Origin: an uncultured delta proteobacterium
GTDB taxonomy: Bacteria; Myxococcota_A; Polyangia; Polyangiales; B10-G4
Direction: 5' to 3'
Length of the DNA stretch: 64,000 nt
Assembly: GCA_963727445.1 (NCBI GenBank)
Contig: CAVSGI010000008.1
Span: 160,001 to 224,000 of the forward strand
A model generated the notes under the pieces. That model did no database searches and was not told where the DNA came from. It saw nothing but the letters and a program-made list of their open reading frames with translations. Made by a program: the position numbers and the translations under genes. Below are positions 1-10,134 of the stretch, piece after piece; the first letter of the stretch is position 1; each line of letters opens with the position of its first letter.

Positions 1-2
1 AG

Positions 3-722
3 CTCGAAGAGCTTCACCTCCTTGGCGTGGTCCTCACGGGCGAGCACCGTCTCCAGGTACATCTGCTTGCGCGCCTCGGGAGCCCGCCAGCGGAAGAGTC
101 GAAACGCGTCGTTGCTGAAGCGGGTCTCGACGATGAAGGCGGGAACGGCGGCGAGGGCGAGGATGAGCAGGGCGAGCGGCGAGAACGCGAAGATGAGGCC
201 GCCGTACGCAGCGAGGGAGATGCCGTTCTGCAAGAGGCCGAAGGCGCGCCGCACCAGTGAGAGGGGCCGGCTCGACGCTTCGCGCCGGGCGCGCGTCATG
301 CGGTCGTAGAACTCCGAGTCCTCGAAGTCCGCGAGCGAGAGCGTGAGCGCCTTGTCGAGGATGAGCTCGTTCACCTTCTGGCCGAGGAGCGCGCGGAGCA
401 GGCTCTGGCTCACCTCGAGGCCGCGCTGGCAGAGCGCGAGCCCCGCGACCAGGGCGAGCTCGGCGGCGACGTAGAGCAGCACGCGCTTCTGGTCGGTCGC
501 GGCGGTGGTGGAGATGGCGCGGACCACACCGTCCACGATCAGCTTGCCCACGAAGGCCACCCCCGCAGGCAACAGGCCCGCGAGGAGGCTCAAGATCCCG
601 AGCCAGATCGACAGGGGACGACTGGTTTCCCAGACGAGGGCGAAGGCTCGCCCGGTGTAACGAAAGACACCGAGAAACCTGCGGGCTCCCGAGATTTCCG
701 CGGTGGGGGTGACGCTGGCCAT
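3..722 (-). CDS. ABC transporter ATP-binding/permease protein, N-terminal TMD (runs off window start)
   Basis: Manual translation from ATG at 722: MASVTPTAEISGARRFLGVFRYTGRAFALVWETS...GKLIVDGVV...ADFEDSEFYDRMTRARREASSRPLSL...ETRFS...KEVKLFEL, typical of the exporter TMD family. Confidence 0.85.
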   Translation of the reverse strand, partial: MASVTPTAEISGARRFLGVFRYTGRAFALVWETSRPLSIWLGILSLLAGLLPAGVAFVGKLIVDGVVRAISTTAATDQKRVLLYVAAELALVAGLALCQRGLEVSQSLLRALLGQKVNELILDKALTLSLADFEDSEFYDRMTRARREASSRPLSLVRRAFGLLQNGISLAAYGGLIFAFSPLALLILALAAVPAFIVETRFSNDAFRLFRWRAPEARKQMYLETVLAREDHAKEVKLFE

Positions 723-782
723 GGCCCGACTGTAGAGCGGGTGAGTGCCGACCGGGATTGCGATTCGTGTTATCTCAGCCGG

Positions 783-1751
783 GTGAGGTACCTGGCTGGC
801 GATGTCGGCGGGACGAAGACGCTCCTCGCCCTCTACGAAGGACAGAGAGGCGCGCTCGAAGAGCTGCGGAGCGAGCGCGTCCCCTCCAAGGACTACGGCT
901 CCCTCGAGGAGCTGGCCCGCGCCTTCTTGGGCGACACCGACGCGGACGTCGACCGGGCCGCCTTCGCCGTGGCGGGCCCCGTCGCCGACGGACGCTGTAC
1001 CGCCACCAACCTCCCCTGGCAGATCGACGAGCGGCACCTCGAGGAGCAGCTCCAGATCGATTCGGTCACGCTCCTCAACGACTTCGCGGCGATCGCCCAC
1101 GCCGTGCCCCATCTGGGCGCGAACCAGGAGGTGGTCCTTCAGGAGGCGGAGGTCGATCCGAAGGGTCCGATCGCGATCATCGGCGCGGGCACCGGCCTCG
1201 GAGAGGCGATCGCTGTGCCGACCTCGGACGCGCTGATCGTCATCCCCACCGAGGGCGGTCACACCGACTTCGCGCCGCGCGACGACCTCGAGATCAATCT
1301 GTTGCGCTTCCTCCTGGAACGTCACGACCGCGTCTCGGTGGAGCGCGTCGTTTCCGGGATGGGCTTGCCGGCGATCTACGAGTTCGTGGTGAGCCGGCGC
1401 GTGACGTCAGAGAGCCCGGCGGTGCGCGAGCGCATCGAAGCAGAGGATCCCGGCGCGGTGATCGGCGAGCTCGCCCTCGCCGGCAGCGATCCCGCCTGCG
1501 TGCGCACCATGGAGATCTTCCTCTCCCTCTACGGCGCCGAGGCCGGCAACCTGGCGCTCAAAGTGCTGCCGAGCGGCGGGCTCTTCGTCGCGGGCGGTAT
1601 CGCCGCGAAGATCCTGCCGCTGATGAAGAACGGCCGCTTCATGCACGCCTTCACGCACAAAGGGCGCATGTCTCCGCTCCTGAAGAAGCTCCGCGTCTCG
1701 GTGATCACCGAGCCCGAGGTCGGCCTCATGGGCGCCCGCGCCTGCCTGTAG
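783..1751 (+). CDS. glk: Glucokinase
   Basis: LAGDVGGTKT, TNLPW, NDF, GAGTGLG, EGGHTDF, SVERVVSG, GGIA motifs; GTG start at 783 inferred. Confidence 0.92.
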   Translation: MRYLAGDVGGTKTLLALYEGQRGALEELRSERVPSKDYGSLEELARAFLGDTDADVDRAAFAVAGPVADGRCTATNLPWQIDERHLEEQLQIDSVTLLNDFAAIAHAVPHLGANQEVVLQEAEVDPKGPIAIIGAGTGLGEAIAVPTSDALIVIPTEGGHTDFAPRDDLEINLLRFLLERHDRVSVERVVSGMGLPAIYEFVVSRRVTSESPAVRERIEAEDPGAVIGELALAGSDPACVRTMEIFLSLYGAEAGNLALKVLPSGGLFVAGGIAAKILPLMKNGRFMHAFTHKGRMSPLLKKLRVSVITEPEVGLMGARACL

Positions 1752-1765
1752 CCCGGCCGGGAAAT

Positions 1766-3125
1766 TCAGCGCTGAGGGGCGAAGACGAAGGGGTAGCTGA
1801 AGTCGACGCTGCCGCCGACGGGACCGGAGCGGAAGCGCATGCGGTCGATGATCCCGCCCACGCACTGGGCGAGGGGCGCGCTGCCTGTGGTGTTCAGAAC
1901 GGTCGTCACGTTGGTCACCGTGCCCGACTCCAGGATGGTGAACTTGGTCGTCACCTTCCCCGCGAGGGTCGGATCGTGGCGGAGCTCGGTCTCGTAGCAG
2001 CGGCGGATACCCGCCATGTAGGAGCGAACGCGCGCGGTCACGACGCGCCCGTCGAGCTCGCCCGAGCCGCCCTCGTCGAGGGGCCGCTCGGGACGCACCC
2101 AGGCGGTGATGACCCGCTCGTCGATCGGCGCCGTCGCGATCGCCTCGTGACCATGGTGCGCGATGGAGATGGCGCCGATCCCGGTGCCGCTCGGCGTTCC
2201 GCTGGCGCCGCCCCGCTCGTGTAGGACGTCATCGGCGCTCGCGCTGCTCGACGCCGCGTCCACCGTCGCCAGGATCCCCGCCGCGTCCGAGACAACCGCC
2301 CCGTCGACCAGGCGGTCCAGAGACGTGGGAACGCCGTCCGACGAAAGGAGCGTCCCGATCTCGAGGAGCGCCGCGGTGCGGATTCTGCTCTGCGTCGGCG
2401 ATGGTCGGCCGTTCGTCGCTGCTGGGCCGCGCATGGCCGTGCGACGGCTCCGCCGGCGTGTCGTTCGCATCGGCGACCTGATCGCTGGGCGCGTCCGCGC
2501 TGTCGCCATCGAGGGCCTCGGGCACTACCGGCTCGGGCGGCGGCTCGGGCTCTTGGAGCAGGAGCGTCGCGAACTCGTCGGGCAGGATCGCCACCGACTG
2601 GGGCATCGGGAAGTCGGCGCTCTCGAGGAAGACCATGAAGGAGAGGAACGCGACGAAGGACATCGTGACGAAGCCTGTGAAGCGCCAATCGATGGAGCGG
2701 ACGAAGCCGCCGCGCACCGCCGCGGGGAGCTGCGGCTTGGGCATCGCCGGCGGCGCATGCACCATCTGCAGGAGCACCACCGTGTCGCCGACGACGACCT
2801 TGCCCCGGGCCTGATCGTCGAGCGCGATCTTCTTCACGCCCTGTCGCACGGCCGCCTCGAGGTCGCGCATCCCGTCCGCGCCGCTGACCCGGCCCGTCAT
2901 ATCCGGCCGCAGGTGCAGCCAGATCCGCCCATCCGGCGCCGGCGAGAAGAGCACACCCCGGGTCACGGGAAGGACGAGATCGCATCGCTCGTCGGGCCCG
3001 ATGGTGATCTTTTCGCGCTCGCGCACCAGGCGCTCGGAGACGATTCGCCCCTGCTCCACCACGCCCAGGCGGAGAACGCGGGCCGCGCCCTTCGTCGTGC
3101 GCGCGGCGCGCATCGCCATGGTCAT
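1766..3125 (-). CDS. AgmX/PglI(GltG)-like TonB-C-terminal domain protein (frameshift ~2380)
   Basis: N-part in ORF 2229..3473 (VLRLGVVEQGRIVSER...ITIG, TM helix, Pro-rich linker); C-part in ORF 1766..2509 (IRRCYETELRHDPTLAGKV...CVGGIIDRMRF...FSYPFVF). Confidence 0.7.
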
Positions 3126-3225
3126 CGCGCCAACGCGCGGTCGTTCGGGGGAAGAAGGAGAAGTGGCTCGCATGATGTCTAGACACCAGCGGCCCGGCCG
3201 GGTTCCACCGAAAATCGTGGGGCCT

Positions 3226-4636
3226 TCAGGCCACGTTCTCGGCCTCGGCCCGCTGCCGGGTGCGCTCCGCCAGGAGCGGGAGAACGTAGGGAAAACCGAC
3301 CGATAGCGTGTCCAGGTCGGGATCGATCTGGCCGACCAGCCAGAAGGCGAGGACGCTCGCGCGCTCGACGTAGAACCAACCATCCGGGTAGTGGATGGAG
3401 CGCATGAGCTCGCGCAGCTCGGCGCGGGCGACCTCGGGGTCGGCGAGCTCCTCCAGCTCCTCGCGCCGCGCACGCATCAGCGCGCCCGCGGTCCGGTCCT
3501 CGACCGCGAGGAGCTTTCGGAAATAGGTCAGCACGGTGCGCTCGACGAGAGCGCGATTCCCCGACTCGGCCACGAAGCCGATGTTGTCGAAGCCGCGGAG
3601 CACCAGCGCGTCGTTCTGCTCGAAGAAGCCCTGAAGCACGTCGACCATGCCGTCGATCATCGAGTCCGAAACCTCGCTGATGGCGCCGAAGTCGAGGATG
3701 ACCAGGCGGAAGGCGCCCTCGCTCCTCCCCCGGGTCGATCAGGAAGTTCCCCGGGTGGGGATCGGCGTGGAAGAAGCGGTGCACGAAGAGCTGCTCGTAG
3801 AAGGACTCGGTGAGCCGCGTCGCCACGTCGCGGCGCGCGATCCCCAGACGGTCCATCTCCTCCAGATCGGTGATCTTGAATCCCTCCATGAAGGTCATGG
3901 TCAGGACCTCACCGGTGCTGAGCTCGTCGATGACGTCGGGGATGGCGATGTCCGGCTGCCCCTCGAAGTTCTCCTTCATCCGGCGCATGCACGCGGCTTC
4001 GTGCACGTAGTCGGTCTCCCGCCGCAACAGATCGACCAGCGCGTCGTAGACGGAGGCGATGTTGTCGATGGGCATGAACCACTCGTAGACCCGAAGGGCC
4101 AGACGAATGACCCGCATGTCGGTGCGGATGACGCCCCGGATGCCCGGATAGAGGAACTTCACCGCCACGTGCGTTCCGTCGTCGAGCCAGGCCTCGTGTA
4201 CCTGCCCCAGAGACGCGGCTGCCAGCGGCGCGTGCTCGATCTTCGAGAAGCGCTCGTCGGGCTCGGCGTCGAAGCTCGCGCGGAAGCGCTCCTCGAGCGC
4301 GGAGTAAGGCATCGGCGGCACCGCGTCCTGCAGCACCTTGAGCTTCTCGCCGTACACGTGCGGCAGGAACCCGCCCATGATCGACAGCACCTGACCGAGC
4401 TTGATGTAGACGCCGCGCAACCGAAGGATCGCGTCGAGGAGCCGGTCGGCGTTCTTGTCGTCCACCTCGCGGCCGCGCCGCTCGAGCCCGGGCGGGACGA
4501 TGATGTCCTCCTCGCCGGTGACGGGATCATCCACGTGGGCGCGGAAGAGCCACGTGAGCGCGAGCTGCGTCATGTAGCTCGAAAAGATGATCCCGAAGAC
4601 CCACAGGGCCCTCGCCAGCCGGACGTAGAGCTCCAT
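3226..4636 (-). CDS. ABC1/UbiB/AarF family atypical kinase (frameshift ~3715)
   Basis: IKLGQVLS, LQDAVPP, AAASLGQVH, VAVK, FHADPHPGN; continues in another frame as VILDFG into ORF 3226..3660. Confidence 0.88.
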
Positions 4637-4700
4637 CGGAGGTGGGGAATCCTACGGGAAGCGGGCGCGCACGAAAACGGATTCGCGTCGCGGAGGCGGA

Positions 4701-5279
4701 CTATTCCTCGTCTTCGCTCTCGTGGACCATGCGGGAGATGCCCCGAATGATCTCGCGGCGCTCCGAGAGGCTGAAGCCCTCACGCTCGCGGACGATACGG
4801 CCGTTCTTGCCGATCCAGATGCTGAAAGGCGCGGCGCGGCGGGGGTTCAGCCGGGTGGTGACAGCCGTGTCGAGATCGCTGACCACGTCGTAGGAGAGGC
4901 CCAGACGGCGGGCCAGGGGACCCGCATTCGGCAGGGTGTTGGCGCTGTCCATGCTGATCGCGACCACCTCGAGGCCGTCGTCGTGGAAGCGCTCGTACAA
5001 GGCGTTGTAGAGGGGCAGCTCCTGGCGGCAGGGCGTGCACCAGGTCGCCCAGAAGCAGATCGCCACCGGCTTCTCCCCGAGGAAATCGCCCAGATCGAAG
5101 CGGCGGGTGCTCGGGCCACCGGGGACGGCGGGAAGCTCGAAGGCCTGTGGGCGGCCGCCCACGCGCGCGAAGGCCGGAGCGGCGTCGAGGAGCGCAGTGC
5201 CCCCCAGGCCAACGCCCAGCGCGCCGAGCGCGGCGTTTCGAAGGAAAGGACGGCGGTGCATGGGGCGATGGACGGTCAT
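4701..5279 (-). CDS. TlpA-family thiol:disulfide oxidoreductase with Tat signal
   Basis: RRPFL twin-arginine motif plus hydrophobic stretch; FWATWCTPCRQELP; start uncertain (5279 or 5297). Confidence 0.85.
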   Translation of the reverse strand: MTVHRPMHRRPFLRNAALGALGVGLGGTALLDAAPAFARVGGRPQAFELPAVPGGPSTRRFDLGDFLGEKPVAICFWATWCTPCRQELPLYNALYERFHDDGLEVVAISMDSANTLPNAGPLARRLGLSYDVVSDLDTAVTTRLNPRRAAPFSIWIGKNGRIVREREGFSLSERREIIRGISRMVHESEDEE

Positions 5280-5307
5280 GGGGTCTCCCGGATTCATCGA
5301 AAAGGCT

Positions 5308-7290
5308 TCAGATACGTACCACGAGCTCGAACTGCCCGCCTTCGAAGGGGGGGACGTCGCGACAGACGCCGCCCGAGCAGAGCAGCCCCCCCGGGTTCGC
5401 GCCCACGCGCAGGCGGACGTGGGTGCCGCGGATGAACTCCCACTTCACTTCCCCGCTGGGGAAGAACGGGCCCTGGTTCGGTCGCTCGGAGTTCCATTGG
5501 AGGTTGAAGCTGAGGTGGAGGCGGCCGGCGAAGGACCAGGTCAGGTAGACACCTCCGCGCACGTACTGGTTGTAGGTGGCGTTGCAGTTGATGCCCTGAC
5601 AGTTGGGGTCGACCGTGATCGGAAAGGGCCGCCGGCGGCGCTCGAAGCGGGGCTCCGCGCGAAAATCGAAGCTGTGGGCGCCGTAGCCGATGTTGAGGTC
5701 GATGATGGCGTGTCCCACCTCCCAGTCGAGCTCGCCGGCATTCGCGCTGACGAAGGAGGTGTCGCTCATGTAGACCTCGCGGCGGTAGCCGCCGCTGAGG
5801 TCGAGCGTGTAGCCGAGCTCCTGGTCGGTGGTGGAGTCGTTCAGCTTGCTGAGGGTGAGCAGGCCGTGGCCGGCGAAGATCCCGCTCCAGGGATCGACGT
5901 GCGGATCCTCGGTGTGGCCGTAACCGACGCCCGTGAACCGCATCGCCCAGGGTGAGGGGTTGAAGGTGTAGGTGATCTCGAGCTGACCGCCGCGGCTGTT
6001 GGGGATGCCCCGGTAACGCTCGGTGTCGAAGTCGAGGCTCGGCGCCGCACTGTAGACGCGGTACTGATCGAGGTTGCCGATCGGCTCGAGGATGTAGTCC
6101 TTGTAGTCCTTCCACTGGGCGAGGACCGAAGTGTTGCCGCGCGTGACCTGCGCCGAGCCGTAGACCGCGCGGCCCCAACGCCGCTCCTGCTCGCCCTCGG
6201 GGTTCGTGTCCTCCCGGCGCATCGCGTCGACCTCGGCGTAGAGCGCCACCGTCCCGCCCAAGAGGGACGGCATCGCCGCGTGCCATCCGCCGACGAGGCC
6301 GTCGGTCTGGGTGGGCGACAGCTCGAGCTGCTGAAACCACGCGTTGACCGCGTGGAAGCCGACCTCGAGGTCCTCGTTCGGACCGACCCGGAAGCCGGCC
6401 TCGCCGCCGGCGAAGACATCGATGGGATCCTGATGGATCTGCAGCGTGAGGGGGTCGAGGTTCTGCGGGTTGCCGAGGCCGCCCAGAGCCTTGAAGTAGA
6501 AGTCGCCCCCGTCGTATTGCGCGTAGCCGCCGCGCACGGTGGTGTCGATCCCCAGCTGATCGATCTTGCGCATGCTGATCGCGATGCCGCGCCCGAGCAC
6601 CGCGTGGGCATCACCGATCTGAACGCTCCAGTCCGTGTTCGGCGTCCACAGGATGTTCATGCGCTCGGGGCGCAGGTCCCAGCTCAGGTTGCACAGGATG
6701 GTGCTGGGCGTGGGGCAGGCGCTCATCTTCGGGCTGGTGAAGGGCACGAAGGCGTCGATGCGGAGCTCGGCGCGGAGCTCTTCCCCCTGCAGGATGAGCT
6801 GCATGCGCTCGACCAGGGTCGAAGCGAGGGTGGCGCCGCGCATGAACTGGCCGTCCGCGAAGTCGTTGCTGCGAAGCTCGGCAATGGTGGTGTTGACCAC
6901 CGAGAAGGTGCTCTCGCCGAAGAGCGGCAGCCTGAACCCGACGCCCCCCTCCCCGCCGAGGGCCTCACCGAGGGAGTCGAAGCCGAGGGAGTCGGCCGGC
7001 CCGAAGTCCTCTTCGTTGTCGCCCGTCTCCTCGCCGCCGATCCCGAGGTCCTCCTCCTCGTCGAGCATCATCGAGATGAGGTCCTCGTCCGACATCTCGG
7101 ACTCGTCGACCTCCTCCTCCTCGGAGTCCCCCTCCTCTTCGGCGAGCATCTGGTCGATCAGCTCCTCGTCGGAGAGCTCGGATTCGTCGTCTCCCTGCGC
7201 ATCCTGGGCGTACGAATGCAAGGGAGCGACCCAAACGAGGGCCGCTCCCGAGAAGAGTGCGATCAGCGCGCGTGTCCGCGCTCCGTCCAA
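5308..7290 (-). CDS. Outer-membrane beta-barrel-like protein, DUF6029-like
   Basis: Signal peptide, very acidic N-terminal tract, GRGIAISMR...LGIDTTVRG, alternating beta strands, C-terminal GGLLCSGGVCRDVPPFEG recalled as typical of DUF6029. Confidence 0.6.
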   Translation of the reverse strand: MDGARTRALIALFSGAALVWVAPLHSYAQDAQGDDESELSDEELIDQMLAEEEGDSEEEEVDESEMSDEDLISMMLDEEEDLGIGGEETGDNEEDFGPADSLGFDSLGEALGGEGGVGFRLPLFGESTFSVVNTTIAELRSNDFADGQFMRGATLASTLVERMQLILQGEELRAELRIDAFVPFTSPKMSACPTPSTILCNLSWDLRPERMNILWTPNTDWSVQIGDAHAVLGRGIAISMRKIDQLGIDTTVRGGYAQYDGGDFYFKALGGLGNPQNLDPLTLQIHQDPIDVFAGGEAGFRVGPNEDLEVGFHAVNAWFQQLELSPTQTDGLVGGWHAAMPSLLGGTVALYAEVDAMRREDTNPEGEQERRWGRAVYGSAQVTRGNTSVLAQWKDYKDYILEPIGNLDQYRVYSAAPSLDFDTERYRGIPNSRGGQLEITYTFNPSPWAMRFTGVGYGHTEDPHVDPWSGIFAGHGLLTLSKLNDSTTDQELGYTLDLSGGYRREVYMSDTSFVSANAGELDWEVGHAIIDLNIGYGAHSFDFRAEPRFERRRRPFPITVDPNCQGINCNATYNQYVRGGVYLTWSFAGRLHLSFNLQWNSERPNQGPFFPSGEVKWEFIRGTHVRLRVGANPGGLLCSGGVCRDVPPFEGGQFELVVRI

Positions 7291-7293
7291 CGA

Positions 7294-7944
7294 TTAGCTG
7301 CCGAGGAGCTCGTCGAGCTTGGTGGCGAGGCTGCCCAGCATGGAGCCGCTGTATCCGTACTCGCGGAAGACGATCACGCCATTGCTATCGACGATGAGGG
7401 TCGCCGGCAGCGCGTTGCCCGGGAAGTACACGCCGGTGATCTGCGCTGGGTCGACGAGCTCCACGTTCGTCAGGCCGTAGTTCGTGGTCCAGCCCTGGCA
7501 GTACGCGCTATCCGGAGCGGCGTAGTCCTCGGTCTGGGTGAGGATCTGGATGACCCGGACGCCCTGGGGTCCGTACACGGCGTTGATGGCGTCCTCGAGG
7601 ACGCTGCTCTCCATGTTGCAGGGGCCGCACCAGCCAGCCGCGATGCTCACCACGGTGTAGCGAGCCGAGCAGAAGTCGTCGCCATAGAAGTCGTAGGGGT
7701 TGCCGCTGCAGTCGTTGAGCGTGAACGGCTCGAAGTTGCGGCCAATCTCCACGCCGTAGGGAGCGTCCGGAGCCGAGCAGGTCGCGCCGGTGTCGCCGCC
7801 ACCGCCGTCCGGTGTCGAGGCGTCGGGCGCCGACGAGTCGACGGTGGTCGACGAGTCGGGGGGGGTGGTGCGGCTGTCGTCACCGCAGCCGAGGAGGGCC
7901 GCGCTGGCGGCAAGGGCAATCAAGAACGAGTGCATACGCTTCAT
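7294..7944 (-). CDS. Redoxin/TlpA-like lipoprotein
   Basis: Lipobox LLGC, AAGWCGPC CxxC, LPATLIVD cis-Pro loop. Confidence 0.8.
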   Translation of the reverse strand: MKRMHSFLIALAASAALLGCGDDSRTTPPDSSTTVDSSAPDASTPDGGGGDTGATCSAPDAPYGVEIGRNFEPFTLNDCSGNPYDFYGDDFCSARYTVVSIAAGWCGPCNMESSVLEDAINAVYGPQGVRVIQILTQTEDYAAPDSAYCQGWTTNYGLTNVELVDPAQITGVYFPGNALPATLIVDSNGVIVFREYGYSGSMLGSLATKLDELLGS

Positions 7945-7954
7945 TTTCAGTTCC

Positions 7955-8980
7955 TCACATACTCGCGCACACGGAGATGGTTCCGCTGGTGGTTCGGACG
8001 TCCTGGCAGGTGTACCCAGTCGGGCACGGAGTCGCGCTGCAATCGATGGGGAAGCAGGCGCCGGTCGGGAAGCTGTAGGTGCCGCTGCCCGTCTGGTAGT
8101 CCTTGCGGCAGTAGTACCCCTGGTCGGCGCGGCAGTCGCTGTCGGTGGTGCAACCCTCGAGGCACAGGCCCTGGTCACCGCGGTTCAGCGAGCCGTTGGG
8201 GAAGCAGACGTCGCCGTCGGGGCAGGTCGCCTGCGGCAGGCCCGGCCCGCCACCGGCGTCGGTGTAGAAGCTGCTGCTGTTGTAACCGATGGGCAGGATG
8301 CACACGCCGAGGCAGTAGCCGCTGTTCCACCCCGTGGGCGAGCCCATGTTCGACTCCTGAATGCAGTTGTTGCTGATGCACTGGGAGTCGACGTCGCACT
8401 CGCCGCCGTTCTCCGAGCCGGTGGGCAGCGTCCCCGCGGCGATGCAGCGCCCGGTGTAGCGGTTGCACTCCGCGCCGGCGCCGCACTCCTCGTCGGTGCT
8501 GCAGACGGGAACGCAGATGCCGGCGTCGCCGAGACCGAACTGGCCCTGGCCGACGCAGGTCCATCCGTCGCGCACGCAGTCGGCGCCGTTGAGGCAGCGC
8601 TCCTCGCATGTCGGCTCCTCTCCGTCGAACTGCCAGCAGACGTGGAAGATCATCTCCGCGGGCTCCTCGCAGTTCGTGCGATCCGGAGCGCCGGAAGCCG
8701 TGATCGAGCAACGACGCACGCACTGTCCGCCGGGGACACCGTCGTCGATCGCCGTGCGGCAGTACGCGTCGGGGCCGGGACACTGGTCGTCGGTCATGCA
8801 CGGACCGAAGAGGGTGCTGGGGCCGGTGTCGGCGCCGGTGTCGGCCGGGCCGGTGTCGGCCATGCCGCTGTCCATCATGGCGTCGGTGCCCGCGCCGGTG
8901 TCGGTGGGGCGGGTGTCGTCCCCGCACGCCGCGCACACGAGCAGCACCGAAATGAAGCAAATCGAAGTTACGAGTTTCAT
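7955..8980 (-). CDS. Cysteine-rich lipoprotein
   Basis: MKLV...CAAC lipobox, DTG-repeat linker, repeated GPCxxDxxC / CxxDxxC modules. Confidence 0.8.
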   Translation of the reverse strand: MKLVTSICFISVLLVCAACGDDTRPTDTGAGTDAMMDSGMADTGPADTGADTGPSTLFGPCMTDDQCPGPDAYCRTAIDDGVPGGQCVRRCSITASGAPDRTNCEEPAEMIFHVCWQFDGEEPTCEERCLNGADCVRDGWTCVGQGQFGLGDAGICVPVCSTDEECGAGAECNRYTGRCIAAGTLPTGSENGGECDVDSQCISNNCIQESNMGSPTGWNSGYCLGVCILPIGYNSSSFYTDAGGGPGLPQATCPDGDVCFPNGSLNRGDQGLCLEGCTTDSDCRADQGYYCRKDYQTGSGTYSFPTGACFPIDCSATPCPTGYTCQDVRTTSGTISVCASM

Positions 8981-9116
8981 GATTCCTGCGCTAAACGAAG
9001 AGGGGTCCTTCGCCGGCGAGGAAGAGCCCCCGAGAGCCCTCGCCGGGTCGCGCGACCGTCGGCGTTTTCCTAGTCTGTTCGGCCACAAGGCGCAACAGGA
9101 CCGGGCCGCTGAATCC

Positions 9117-10124
9117 ATGGAATCCCCGCACATTTCCATCCTCGTCCCCTACCGGGACGCCCAGAGCACGCTGCTGGAAGCGCTTACGAGCGTTCTGGGC
9201 GACGAGGAGCCGCCGATCGAGGTGCTGGCCGTCAACGATCGGTCCACAGATGGCGGGCCGACCCTCGTCGAGGCGCTCGCCGCGAAGGACCCACGCGTCC
9301 GTTCTTTGCACAGTTCGGCGCCGGGGATCGTCGGTGCGCTCCGTACGGCGGCGGCCGCTGCCCGCGCGCCGATCCTGGCGCGGATGGACGCCGACGACGT
9401 CTCGCTGCCGGGGCGCCTGTGGCGCCAGCTCGCCTTCCTCGAGGCCCATCCCGAGATCGCGGTCCTGGGCACGCGGGTGGAAAACCTCGCCGATGCGCCC
9501 GTGGGCGAGGGGCTGACGCGCTACGTGGCCTGGCAGAACGAAGTGCTCACCCCGGAGGATCACGATCGCGCCCTCTTCGTCGAGTCGCCGCTCTGCCACC
9601 CCTCGGTGATGATGAGGCGCAGCGCCTACGACGCGGTCGGGGGGTATCGCGACGCACGGTGGTTCGAGGACTACGACCTGTGGCTTCGCCTCTGGGCCGC
9701 CGGCTTCCGCCTGGCGAAGCTCGACGAGGTGCTCCTGAGGTGGCGCCATCGCGAGGGCCGCCTGACGCTCAACGATCCGCGCGCGTCGGAAGAGGCGTTC
9801 CGCCAAGCGAAGGCGGCCTACCTCGCGCCCTGGATCGCTGCGCGCGGGCGACCCCTCACCCTCTGGGGCGCCGGCAAGATGGGCCGGCGCTTCGCGCGCG
9901 CCCTCGAGGCACACGGCGTCTTCGCGTCCCGCTTCGTCGACATCGACCCGAAGAAGATCGGCGGCGTCGCGCGCGGCGTGCCCATCGTCGCCGCGAGCGC
10001 GCTCCGCGCGGGCGAGGAGACGGTGCTCGGCTGCGTGGGGAGCCTGGGCGCGCGCGCGCTGATCCGTGAGGCGCTCGACGCGCGCGGCTTCGTCGAGACC
10101 GTCGACTATCGCATGGTGGCGTAG
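9117..10124 (+). CDS. Glycosyltransferase family 2
   Basis: ISILVPYRD, VNDRSTD, RMDADD, HPSVMMR, EDYDLWLR; C-terminal Rossmann-like WGAGKMG. Confidence 0.9.
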   Translation: MESPHISILVPYRDAQSTLLEALTSVLGDEEPPIEVLAVNDRSTDGGPTLVEALAAKDPRVRSLHSSAPGIVGALRTAAAAARAPILARMDADDVSLPGRLWRQLAFLEAHPEIAVLGTRVENLADAPVGEGLTRYVAWQNEVLTPEDHDRALFVESPLCHPSVMMRRSAYDAVGGYRDARWFEDYDLWLRLWAAGFRLAKLDEVLLRWRHREGRLTLNDPRASEEAFRQAKAAYLAPWIAARGRPLTLWGAGKMGRRFARALEAHGVFASRFVDIDPKKIGGVARGVPIVAASALRAGEETVLGCVGSLGARALIREALDARGFVETVDYRMVA

Positions 10125-10134
10125 CGAGGCGACG

